From Azolla caroliniana (Eukaryota; Plantae; Polypodiophyta), in NCBI GenBank assembly GCA_043228905.1, contig JBHGNT010000009.1, positions 1,116,001-1,180,000 on the forward strand: 64,000 bases of DNA, in the 5' to 3' direction. The notes under the pieces were generated by a model. The model did no database searches and was not told where the DNA came from. It saw only the letters and a list, made by a program, of their open reading frames with translations. Numbering within the stretch: position 1 is the stretch's first letter; every line of letters begins with the position of its first letter. Position numbers and translations under genes: made by a program. Shown one piece after another: positions 1-11,560 of the stretch.

Positions 1-181
1 ATTTGTCCCTGCCTACGTGGGAAGAAGTGGAGCAATCTTGCCCAAAAACATCATCTTATAAGGCTCTTGAAGAATTCTTTATCGTGTTTAGAGAATGGGT
101 ATGTATGTTCTGCAAATATTAATTGATTTTTGGATAATGGGTTTCTTCTTACAAAATTTATAATTACAGAAACCACCTCGT

Positions 182-996
182 TGTCGTAGTGTATTTCATA
201 CACTACGTGAAAATAATATAAAATAACCGATTGAATAAATATGAAGAAATATATATATATATAAGCATGACATGCATAAGGCAAGATTTGAACCTTGCAC
301 CTCCACATTAATAATGTAATGTCTTACCATTACACTAGCATTTCATTCATGTTAAAAAGTAGATGTCCCACATAAAAAATGTAAGTTCACGTGGGATAAA
401 CTTTAGTTTTTTAAAAAAAACGCATGCTAAAAGAAAAAGCTACGCATGCACATCTAACATGCATGAACGCTATTGTTGATAAAAAACGCACAAGTTAGAA
501 AAAGCATAATCACTTTAGATAAAGCATATAGTCTATCTATAGGAAAAGCATGGAGTCTATAATTAGAGAAAACGCATGGGTTAGAAAAGACTCTCTCATC
601 TCTATATAAGGATGAGGAGCACAATGTAATGGGTGTGTGAAAAATATTTGGGAAATTGGATATATTTCCTAAAACACCAATTAATATAATCGTGGGATTC
701 ACGAAGTTTTATATAATCTATCTCTTTCAATCTAAATTCATATTCTTACATAATTATTGATTAATGTAATACTTGTGGGATTCACAAGGTTTGATCTCTT
801 TTCTATTTCTACTCTAAACTATTTCAATTTATTACTATGATTAGTACAAACTAAAACAACTCTACTTGTGGGATTCACAAGCTTCTAATAATCTATACAT
901 AATTAAAATCGCCTCAAATTCTTCCTCTTCCTAGTCCATAACCCTAGTGGTTCCCACCTGACTCACGCAAACGATCTGGCGCCGAAAGGCACGACA
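182..996 (+). mobile_element. Solo LTR inserted in the methyltransferase exon
   Basis: Termini TGTCGT...ACGACA form a perfect 6-bp inverted repeat (TG...CA). 4-bp TSD TCGT at 178-181 and 997-1000. TATA-like CTATATAAG at about 602. Removing the element restores the host reading frame (KPPR|SKKN). Confidence 0.85.
281..340 (-). mobile_element. tRNA-like segment (SINE head or tRNA relic) inside the solo LTR
   Basis: Minus strand reads TGCTAGTGTAATGGTAAG...GGTTCAAATCTTGC, with A-box-like and B-box-like motifs at tRNA spacing. No intact cloverleaf seen. Confidence 0.4.
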
Positions 997-3059
997 TCGT
1001 TCAAAGAAGAATAGTGACAACAATGAAGGCATACCTAGCGCCTTCATCACCCATTTGGAATGAGCTAAATACGAGAAACGTATGACAAAAGGAAAGGAGT
1101 TCGAGGTGCCTGAGGACTTAGATACCGTCAAAAGCTTTTTGCACAAGAGTGATCCTTTCCAACAATTGTATTACAGTGTATATAATGGTTATGTGGGTAA
1201 TATGCTTGACATATTACCCAAGAGACATTATACATTGCTCGTCACGGATATATTGTATGGTTTCAGAATATCAGGCTCGACATACGACGATGTGCCATAC
1301 AAATATCCGCAAATAGAGAAGATGGTTAAGGACTTCACGGAGTTGACCTTAGCACCATTATGGCGTATTGTTATATTTCATAGTATGGGTCAGGTGTTAT
1401 CGGTCACGACTGCATTGAAGTCGAGAAGCCATGCCACCGAACATATGCATTGGTAAACATTTTGTTACTATATATTTAATCTGTGGAATCTATGTTGCTT
1501 ACAACATATTTATTAACTTGTTTTGAAATAATTGTGAAATAGGGTTAAAACGAACATAACTCGGACCCCAGGTGATCGAATGGTGAGCCCTGTGGAGCAC
1601 ATGTGCGTGGGCTACTACGACGCAATTTCTAAGAAGAAGGCTCGGGCACATGTTAATGAATGCAACATTGTCAATTATATCATGTGCCCAACTGTAGCAA
1701 AGAAATTGCGACACATGCATGGCGATAAGAGTTTAGTAAACCCTTATCAAAAGCCACAACGATTAATAAATCAATTGGTCGAGTTGTTCTCGAACCCTGA
1801 TGATTGGGTTCTCGACTTGTTTTCTAGAACAGGTAATCACAATAGTTTCATCTAGTTTTTTAAAAATGAAATGCCATTTCTTGTCTTTTTTTTCTTACTT
1901 TTGCATGTGTGATTGTTTGTTTAGGAACGACGACTGCATGTGCTCTCAAATTGTTTAGAAACTGCGTCGCATTGGAGAAGGACCCCGACCAAGTCAACTT
2001 TATTAAGATGAGGATCCAGGGCATCTGGGATTGTCCCAACCAGGACCAAGAGGTTGGGGCAAAGCACATCAACGAAACAGAGATGTTTCAAATGGCCTCC
2101 AGAGAGCCAATGGAACCTATCAATGAGGAAGGAGGCGACCTGGTCGATCTTGAAGATGCATCGGGTTCCGAACACATACAAGATTCAACTGAGGATATAG
2201 AACATGTTGATGTAGCACCACTCTCGGCTGATCTTGGAGAGCAACTTGTTCCAGACCTCCTAATGGACTGATTGTATATTGGTTTGTATTTTTTACTATA
2301 TAAAATTGTAACACTAGACTTCTTTTGAAATATAAGATTATTTTGTTTGCGTACCATTTCTTTGCACGATCTCATTGGTTTGCAAGCTTTGAATGTCTAT
2401 CATACATTTGTATTGGTGTACTCACAAAGTATGTGGTTGTTAAGTATAATGTTTGTTGAATAGATGATGGTGAACTTATCGATAGTATGACAAATGTTTG
2501 TTATAATTGTTTCTTTATTAATATAATTGAATTTAGCTTTATTCTAGGTTATTTAGATTCGAGTGTATAGAGAAATATTAACTCAATATTGTTGCTCGCT
2601 TGATCTTACATGTAGGTTGTTCATATCATAGTGAGATATAATGTTTGTAGAAGTTTTTGAGCATGAGAGGTATATAATGTGATATTCACATGTGGATATG
2701 TTTCTAATTATACCGAAAAATGTAATTCGCTCATTTATCATAACAAATTTTATAGGAGTTATAGAGAAATATAGCATTAAAATTGTGTTTCTAAAATTGT
2801 TGAATTGGATTCAAATTTGACATTATGTAAAGTGAAGCATATTTTAATGATAGTTGAAAGCATTCTCGTAATCAAAGCAAATGTCTGGATAAATATGTGT
2901 ATGATTTTATAAAATATAGGTTAACTTTGAAATCTTAATAATATTACTTGTGTTTTTATTTATGTTTTTAAAAGCCATGTGCGCATACGTGATACATTCT
3001 TGAAAGTTTGTTAAAAAATTGTAATTCTTGACATCTCATGTATTTTTCAATAAAGGAAT

Positions 3060-3091
3060 GCGACATATTACCTGTTCTAAATGACCCAGTG
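3060..3091 (+). mobile_element. Possible right terminus of a CACTA/CACTG (CMC) DNA transposon
   Basis: ...TTCTAAATGACCCAGTG ends in CAGTG (reverse complement of CACTG) about where LINE-like sequence begins. The left TIR is not in the window. Confidence 0.35.
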
Positions 3092-3780
3092 TTTAAGCTT
3101 GGCCATAGTATTTTACAACGCAAGAACATGGAGCAAAGGGCCTTTGTAGCAAGTGGACCAAGGAAGAATTGGATGATGATTTCCTGAAACTATACTGGAA
3201 ACAATTATGGGCCACAAAGGTAGAAAAAATAAAAGTGTTGTTATGGTTATGTAGCCAAAAAATCTCCTCCAGTAGGTGCTTGGCTACATAAAAGGGGAAT
3301 TGATGGGAACTATAGGTTGTGCTCTTCAAGAATAGTCTTGAGAACATTGCTTTTGGGATGCTCACATGATCAAGAAGTTTGGTCTAACGTGATGAGAATA
3401 CTAACAAGAGCAAGTTGAAAGGCTCCATATCTTTGGGATTTGCCCTATAGTGGATATTGGAGAAGAAAGCTTAGATATCGGGAGACCTAGGTAGACTAAA
3501 TGCCTTATGTGTGTAGAGAAATAAATGCATTGTACAACTAGCAAGGGAAATGGGTATTTGGTACTCTAATAGGCCGTGTGACATTTGGCCCATTATTGCT
3601 CTATCACGTTATGGAACATCTGGAAATCTAGATGCAAAACATGTCTCTCGGGAGAAGAAAGTCGACCAAGGGAGACAATCATAGCTCTGTGGTATGATTT
3701 GGTCATGAATATTCGAGCTCAATATGAAGAGCTACAAGGCCCTTCAGACAGCACAACGTGTTGAAGTAAGTGATGTTACA
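3092..3780 (+). mobile_element. Degenerate L1-type LINE ORF2 C-terminal (zf-RVT) relic
   Basis: Translation from 3181 gives FLKLYWKQLWATKVEKIKVLLWL, followed by frameshifted EHCFWD-like and WNIWK segments typical of the zf-RVT region. Confidence 0.6.
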
Positions 3781-5503
3781 CCACACCTAAATGGCTATAT
3801 CCGCCTTGGCAACCCAACCAAGAAGGTACATGGTATTTTTCTGAATTTTTTACAAGTGACAAGATGATAAACACAAACTAGTGGTTCTAGAAGATATGAA
3901 GATTGCAATATCTTTTTGTGGTTTGTGATCAGCATCGATTTTAGAGGAGTTCAATCATAAATAGAGAATTGTTGAAATGGTTGTAGTTCAATCAGTAAGG
4001 TTGTTTCCAAGAATCCAGAAGGTCACGGTTTCAACATCTACCATCCACAATGGTATGTAATATATTTTAGAATAAAAAATATGTATGGTGTAATAAAGAG
4101 GCATGGGACATGCTTGTTGAAATTATCTTTCTAGCATGGGGTAAGCAATATGCATGTTCCTCTTGTAATACTCTAAGTTCTTGTATCTCTTTGTGTGTTA
4201 GAATAGCATTGTGACACCCTTAATTCGATGTTGCAAAGAGCCTCTCGAGGTCCCAACACAGTCCTCCACGATGTGCATCATCCTTCATCAATGGTTATAT
4301 CATGGTCTATGGAGAGGGCACTTTGTATGCTTGCCAAGCTTTTGAAATGTGTGTATATCTTCTCTCTAGCATGGTCTTTGAAAGGATAGTTCTATGTTGA
4401 TCTCAATTATGTGAATCGAAGTCTTTGACGACCAACTCAAGTTAGCATGATCTACAACTAGCATTAAAGAGATCTTCTATAACGAACATAATATCAAACC
4501 CATTGTTTGAGATGTGAGCATCGAAACTTAAGCTCCAAAGCACAAGCATTAAGCACTTCTTAAATAAAGAGAAAACTTCACGAATATGTAAGATTAAAAA
4601 TATACTTTCACATTGTAGCACAAAGCACTTGGTGCGTATGCATATTCCTATTGTGGTAGACCTTAAAATCATGAAATGTTTAGATGGTCTTGACACTTTG
4701 AAACACAATCCACTAGAAGTTTCATGTCGTTGACATCTTGAATTATTGGAAGTGTATGTAATACTCTTACGCTTCTAGGCAAGCACACAGTTTGTTTCAG
4801 TAATAGTATAATACCTCATATTACATGACAGAAACAGCAAAGTAGGTGAAGTTCACACATACTACGTATTGGAAAACTCAAAGTGGGGTAAAAATAAGAA
4901 AGAATATGGACTTTTCAATGACATTAAAAACAATCAAATGAGAGAGCCTAGATGTGCCATTTAATGTGTTTGTAAGAGACATTGCTAGTAAAATCATTTG
5001 TCATAAGAAGATTTTAAAAACCAAATAAGGACAATATATAGCCCGACCAAATGTCAGTTGATCGTGAATATGGCTAAATCATCCAAAGAGCTAAAAAAAT
5101 GTACTTATGTAAAAATGATTGCAAATTGCTATGCAAGATCCCTTTGTAAGATGCCAAAAAGCTAACCAACTTCAAATTTTGGAAAATTAGAAATTGCATT
5201 TCTTGAGAATGGATGATGATGTATCACAAGGTTATTGTTGTTGGCCATGCCTTCTACACGTGGGAAGTGTAATTGTTTTTTGTTGTAGTAAGATATACAA
5301 GCACACGCACACAAGCAACCTTCAATGTGAAGAACATTCTAATGGTTCATCCTAAAATCGTTATTTAACTCTCTTAAAATGTTTTCACACAGTTACCACT
5401 GTGCTACGCGCATCACATTATCATTGTTCGATGAGAAAACAAGAACTAACCAACAATCAATTACATCTGACGGTTGGATACAACATAGGCATGTAGGAAG
5501 CGT

Positions 5504-5903
5504 AAAAAAATAGAAAGGAAGGATAAATATTTTAGATTACGTCCAATTATTATTGGTAAAAGTCGGTGGTCTTTGTGTATGTTACAGATTTCGGTATATG
5601 GTATGGAAGTAGGGCTCTCTCTCTCTCTCTCTCTTTCGTAAATAATGGCTTTCATTACGAAAGAAAAAAACACCACCATCACTAACTTACTACAAAGTAT
5701 AGAACCCTTCTAGGGATCTAAATACTACTACCACTACAAAAAAATAGAAAGGAAGGATAGATATTTTAGGTTACTTCCAATTATGTAGTGGTGAAAGTCA
5801 GTGGTCTTTGTGTTATGTTTCGGATTTCGGTATATGGTATGTAAGTAGGGCGCTCTCTCTCATATGTCATGTAAATACACCTTCCCTTCATTTAAGGATT
5901 GTA

Positions 5904-5968
<65 letters not shown>

Positions 5969-6071
5969 ATAAATAATGACTTTCATTACAAGAGAAAAAA
6001 ACACCACCATGACTAACTTACTACAAAGTATAGAACCCTTCTAAGGAGCTAAATACTACTATAGTCTACGA

Positions 6072-6075
<4 letters not shown>
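5504..6075. repeat. Two-copy tandem duplication with expanding (CT)n
   Basis: AAAAAAATAGAAAGGAAGGATA...TACTACAAAGTATAGAACCCTTCTA...AATACTACTA occurs at about 5504-5735 and 5738-6075. The second copy has an insertion and a longer CT tract. Confidence 0.85.
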
Positions 6076-6115
<40 letters not shown>

Positions 6116-7573
6116 AAATACATTGATTCATTTAAAGATTGATATATGTATCCACATATGTACATTTCATATCCATTAAATACAGTCCCCACCCTCAACA
6201 AAATAAAAATAAAAAGATGGCCTAAATAATCACAAACCTGTTTTCAAGGGGTTTGTAAAAAAACCCTTCAAGTTTCTTGTGAAGGCCCCGGGTGGAAAAG
6301 GTACTTCCCCCTTTCGAAGGGCTTATGAACCTTTGGACCGACAAAGGACAAAAAATGTGCTCGGATAAAAAGTGCAAACCACATGGAGGAAAAGCAAAGG
6401 AGAGGATGGGGGGAGGGGGGAGGATAGCTTAAATCAACCCATCAAAAGAAGGTAAGCAAAGCTTTTCGGATACTAATTTTACAACTGTTTCCACATCATC
6501 TTTTCAGGAAAGTGTTGATAGCTTTTTCCAACATAAATCTTTCGGAAACTTCTCTTTTCTTTTTTCGGATATGTGTGTGTGTTTGTGTTCAAAGTGGTAA
6601 AAACTGGAATCCTTGCTTGGTCGACCAAGGGGTGAGAATACAAGTCGAGACGAAGAACACGGTTTTCTCACATTCTTGATCAAGGAAGGGAACACATATG
6701 ACAAAACGATGACAGATGCAAATGGTATTTGAGTCACCATACATGTTTCTGTGTGTTTGTGTGGTTGTCGGGAATTGTTTTTTCTTTTTTGGATCGGTTG
6801 GGTTTGCCTAGCATGATATGCTTTCGAAATTCGAGACATTTGAATATTTCGACCGATCGAAGACATTGGAACGGACGAGGACAAGCACCGTTTTTGTCGT
6901 GAACGCAAGAAACAAAGAAGCCAGTATTTACGGGAAAGGAGGGGGAAAGTAGGGAGATTTGAAAAGGGCTCACCATCCTTCATCCTTCATTGGGAGCTGT
7001 CGGTGTTAGAAAAGGCAAAGATATAAATAATTGTTTTTAAAAAAATAAATCAATAAATTAATAAATAACAATTAAAAATAAACAAAAATTTTAAAAACAA
7101 ATAAATTTTAAATTTTTTTAAAAAACACCAAACAAAATTTTAAAAAATCAATAAAAAAAACAAAAACAAAAACAAAATTAAAAAGTTCAAAATTTAAAAA
7201 TCAAAAAGCTCAAAATTAAAAAACTAAAAAAATTAAAAATAAAAATAAAAATTTTAAAAAGGTTTAAAGAAAGATATGAGTAAAAGAAAAGAGGGATGTG
7301 AGGTTAGAATTTCTTAAGGTTCTCGGAATACAATTAAATATATAATTAATTAATTAACTAAGAAAACAAGTAAATACATAAATACATGGAGATAAGAGGA
7401 ATAAAAAAGTACTGGGTTTATTTATTTATCCTTCTTCACAATTTAATTTCCAATTTTTCCAGTCTTTTTTTCCAATTTCTTAAATTTGGGTTTTTCAATT
7501 CTTAGTTTTTTTTAAAAAAAATATATTCTTTTACTTTTAATTTTATTATTTTAATAAATCTTTTCTGAGGGAG

Positions 7574-8010
7574 TGACGTCAGCCTAACCTGAGCAATGCT
7601 GTGACAATCCCTAACCCTAACCCTAACCCTAATCGATCGGACAAACAGATCACGGAAAAAAAAAAATGCCGAGCCTGATTTAGTCGAGGAACAGGGGATG
7701 GAGGTTCAAACGCTAACTCCAAAGTTTAAGAGAGAAACAGGGTAGAGCAAATACTCTAAACCTAAAATTGGTAGAAACACAGCGGAGGGCACAAATTCTA
7801 ACCCTAAATTTGGTAGAGAAAAAGGCTAGCACGAAAGCCCTAATCCTGTGAAAAAACCAGAGGAGGCCGGAAAACCCTAATGAAGTCGGAATGCACCGAA
7901 AAAAGTTCGAAAGTTTTGGAATCCCAGTTTAATGAAATGTGAGGAAGTGCAAAAAGAGAAAAACAAGGAAAGGCAAGGTTTTAGAGAAAAGCAAGGCCGG
8001 AAACCCTAAT
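7574..8010 (+). promoter_or_regulatory. Upstream region of the GATA gene: TGACGTCA palindrome, (CCCTAA)4 and telo-boxes
   Basis: TGACGTCA 7574-7581; (CCCTAA)4 7609-7632; AAACCCTAA at about 7872 and 8001; AACCCTAAA at about 7800. Confidence 0.45.
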
Positions 8011-8085
8011 TTGAAGGCAAGGTTTTAGAGAAAAGCAAGAAAACGAGAGGAAAAAACAGGCAAATTTCTGTAAATATCAAATCTC

Positions 8086-8116
<31 letters not shown>

Positions 8117-8296
8117 CAAGTTTATCTAATAATTAGGTTAGGTTAGTGAAGCTACAAGTCTTTTGCTTTTTCTTCCTTTTTTTTCCTTTTTGCTGTTTTG
8201 CTTTTTCTCAGCTTTCTCTATGATTCTATCCTTTCCTTGAATGTAGAAGAAAGGTCACCATGATGGTGGTGGTGGTGGTGGTGATGATGATGTCTT

Positions 8297-8313
8297 ATGC
8301 ATGTGTACATGTA

Positions 8314-8390
<77 letters not shown>

Positions 8391-8532
8391 GTGTGTGTGT
8401 ATGTGTATGTGTACATGAATGTGTATGTATGTGTATGTATGTGTACATGTATGTGTATGTGTGTGTATGTGTACATGTATGTGTATGTATATGTATATGT
8501 GTATATGTATGTGTGTATGTGTATGTATATGT
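8297..8532. repeat. (GTGTAT)n compound microsatellite
   Basis: Directly visible hexamer array. Confidence 0.95.
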
Positions 8533-8969
8533 GAGGATAATTGCTTCCCTGTACAGCAACAACATTATGTCCAATGACTTCTTACTTTTTCTTCTTCATC
8601 TTCTTCTTCTTCTTTCTTCTCATTAAGTTGTAGGTTGTCTGTCACCACTCAACCAGAACAGCTAAGCCCCCTTCTCTCTTCCCCTGTTTCTTCATCTTCT
8701 TCATCTTTACTCATGAAAACAAAAGGCTCTTTTTTCCAATAGAAAAAAGAAAAGAAAAAATTAGACATACAGAGAGAGAGAGAGAGAGAGAAGAGATACT
8801 ATAGTAGTTACATAGACATATATAGAGTCTTCTTAGTGGGGTTTTGATTCATATAAATGCCCATTAAATTTTGTTAGCTAAAACCAATATATTGCTTCTT
8901 ATATCAGTCATCAAAGTCAGTCAGTCAGTCAGTTCTCTATCTCTCTCTCTCTCTCTCAGTCTCTCTGTT

Positions 8970-9010
<41 letters not shown>

Positions 9011-9077
9011 ACCATATACTTACTCCCCTGCTTCCCTCCCCATTCCCCTCAAATCTCTCCTTAAAACTTATTTTGCT

Positions 9078-9254
9078 ATGGAAATTGTTCACTCCTTCAC
9101 CCTCCATTCCCCTCTAAACACCTCTCCCAGGGTCTACTCTACTTCTAACTCCAACTCTAACTATAATTCTAACTCTAACTCCAACTCTAACTCTAACTCT
9201 TACTCTAATTCTAACTATAACTCCAACTCCAACCCTATCTCTACCCCTAACTCT

Positions 9255-9286
<32 letters not shown>

Positions 9287-11105
9287 CTCTACCAATGTCC
9301 TGGACCTCAACCATGGCGACTTCCTCGCTATCGAGGATCTTCTCGATTTCTCCAACGAAGACATCATCAGTGGCCCTATTGGCTCCTCTTGCCTCACCAA
9401 TGCTTCCTTGTCTTTGTCCTCCTCCTCCTCATCATCAAACCTTTCTCCTCCTCCTCCTCCTCCCCCCCTTGATCAAATGTTGAACCAATCCCCTTCTGTC
9501 TCCTCTCTCCTTGACATCAAACCACTGCATGATCACCCCATCCCTGATGTTTTTACCTCTCATGAGCTTTGTGTGCCGGTAAGTACTCAAATTCACTTGA
9601 TTTCTGCATTTCCTTCTTGTTGTTTCCAAGATTTCCATCATTTCATGGTTGGACATGTAATCACATTTCCAAAACATTACTGGTTCCTTGGTCACATGTA
9701 ATTATGTCCATTTCATGCCTAGTCATGTCCATTTCATTCCTAGTCATGTCCATTTGTTTACTCAAATTATGGTGTCAGGCCCTGTCCATTTGCACATTCA
9801 GTAGGGTGCCATGTTTGTGTCCATTTGCATATCCAATTGCATGCCAAGTCATGTCCATTTGTGTACTCAAATGTCATGTGAAGCCAATGCCATTTGCACA
9901 TTCAATAGGTTGCCATGTTATGTCCATTTTGCATATACAATTGCATGCAAAGTCATATCCATTTCTGTACTCAAATATGATGTCAGGCCATGTCCATTTT
10001 TGCACATTCAATAGGGTGACATGTCAAGTCCATTTGCCTATCCAATTTCATGCCCATTTGCGCATTCAATATGGATATAAGACCATGCACATTCTTTTGG
10101 ATGGGCAATCATGCATTCTTGATATGGATGACATGGTGTCTCCGTTTGCACATTCAATAGAGTGCCATGTCATGTCAAGTCATGTGCACATGCAACTGTC
10201 ATGCCAAGTTATGTCCATCTTTGTACATTTGATATGGTTGTCATGTCATGGGCCATGTGAACATTTGCAAACCCTAAACCTATTGGCAAGACTTGAGAAT
10301 GCATGCTAAGTCATGTTGAATTCGCACATTCATCAAGAAACAATCAACATGGTGCTTTACACCATATCACATGTCCATGTGAATGAATTCAACATGTACA
10401 CCAAATTCTTCATCATGTATCTTGTGCACCATTCAAACTACAATGCTATGTCTGAAGAATAATGTGATTGCCTAGTCATGCTCACCACAATTTTGGATGG
10501 GTTTGGATAAATAAGAGGACATCATGCCATGTCCAATTTTTTGTGCAAACAATGTATTGTAGGGTTTTCTCACATTGTTGTTTTTTGACTATTTTTCCAG
10601 TGTGATGATTTGGAGGAGCTTGAATGGCTATCCAACTTTGTGGAGGAATCATTTTCTTCTGGAGATATTGCACCAACAAACTTCAACAATGACCTAGGAC
10701 TATTTGGCATGAAAGAAGACATTCTTCATTCCCAAAGGGGGTCAGTTAGCATGAATGAATCCTTTCATAGCACTAGCCCAATATCTGTCCTAGAAAGCAA
10801 TAACTACCAAAGGGGAAAGACCATTGCTCCTCCATTGACAAGCTTGTACCAGGAACCATTGCCAGTGCCGGGCCGTGCTCGGAGCAAACGATGCCGCACT
10901 GCCGCGTGCTTCTGGAACACCCGGATTCTGTCTCCGGAAGCTTCCGAGAGCATCTTGCTAGAGAGCTCTTCCACCACATATAACCATGACCATGATGATG
11001 GTGACATTTTCTCCTCGTACTATGATCATGACCACGATGTCGATCATGATGATGTTGTTCGTCGTGTTCGGCACCGGGATGATGTTCATGATGGTGACGG
11101 CTATT

Positions 11106-11138
<33 letters not shown>

Positions 11139-11560
11139 GTGATGGCTATTTTGATGATGATTTTGGTAAGCAATGTTATAACAAGATTCAACCTCAAATG
11201 ATGGAGCCAAAGAGATCCTACACTTCATCCTCATTGGCATTTAACGGGAAGAAATTGAGCGCGAGGTCTCACGAAAATGTGTGCGAGAAAAAGCCAAAGA
11301 AAGCGAAGTTGCTAGAGTCCATGGGCTCGGTGAGGAAGTGTCTACATTGTGCCTCTCAAAAGACGCCTCAATGGAGGGCGGGCCCAATGGGCCCCAAGAC
11401 TCTTTGCAACGCATGTGGCGTCCGGTACAAGTCGGGAAGGTTATGTGCCGAATATAGGCCGGCGTCAAGTCCCACATTTGTGGAGACAGTGCACTCTAAT
11501 TCGCACCGGAAAGTGCTCGAAATGAGGAAGCAAAAAGGGGAGGTCTTGGCCATGAATTAG
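9078..11560 (+). CDS. GATA: Class-A GATA zinc-finger transcription factor, about 486 aa
   Basis: Exons 9078-9578 and 10601-11560 with intron GTAAGT...TTCCAG in phase 0. The junction gives ELCVP|[18 protein letters not shown]. Also VPGRARSKR and [35 protein letters not shown] (C-x2-C-x18-C-x2-C). TATA at about 8852. Confidence 0.95.
9700..10225. repeat. Degenerate minisatellite in the GATA intron
   Basis: About 12 variants of CATGTCCATTT, often followed by GCACATTCAAT or GTACTCAAAT. Confidence 0.75.

Larger units (their letters stand above)
1..2271 (+). pseudogene. Intron-containing prokaryote-type beta-class DNA amino-methyltransferase (N6-adenine/N4-cytosine) pseudogene, 5' end outside the window
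   Basis: Exons <3-98, 170-181+1001-1452 (split by a solo LTR), 1543-1832 and 1925-2271. GT-AG introns 99-169, 1453-1542 and 1833-1924 all keep the frame. The spliced product has LLVTDILYG (motif IV-like, cf. DPPY), HW-VKTN...VEHMCVGY, NPYQKPQRLINQLVELFSNPDDWVLDLFSRTG-TTTACA (motif X/I, cf. HPTQKP..LDPFxGSGTT) and RNCVALEKDPDQVNFIKMRI. In-frame TGA at 1061-1063. Confidence 0.85.

Noticed and set aside
690-883. CRISPR-like array
   Set aside because: Only three 13-17-bp motifs with long spacers, a eukaryotic context and no cas genes.
977-984. TGGCGCCG as a primer-binding site, making the methyltransferase part of an LTR retrotransposon
   Set aside because: It lies inside the LTR, which ends at 996 with ACGACA followed by the TSD. 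The element is a solo LTR inserted into the gene.
1-2271. Bacterial contamination as the source of the methyltransferase
   Set aside because: It has in-phase spliceosomal introns, a nested LTR and contiguous plant repeats and genes.
4442-4708. Possible hAT dimerisation-domain relic (CESIF, cf. CERxFS)
   Set aside because: A single weak motif; not supportable without a profile search.
6504-6983. 159-aa minus-strand ORF
   Set aside because: No recognisable domain or splice support; probably non-coding upstream sequence.
8218-8626. ORFs with HT, YV or MC repeats
   Set aside because: Artefacts of a stop-free microsatellite.
9569-10309. 246-aa Cys/His-rich ORF
   Set aside because: It lies in the GATA intron and is produced by the CATGTCCATTT array.
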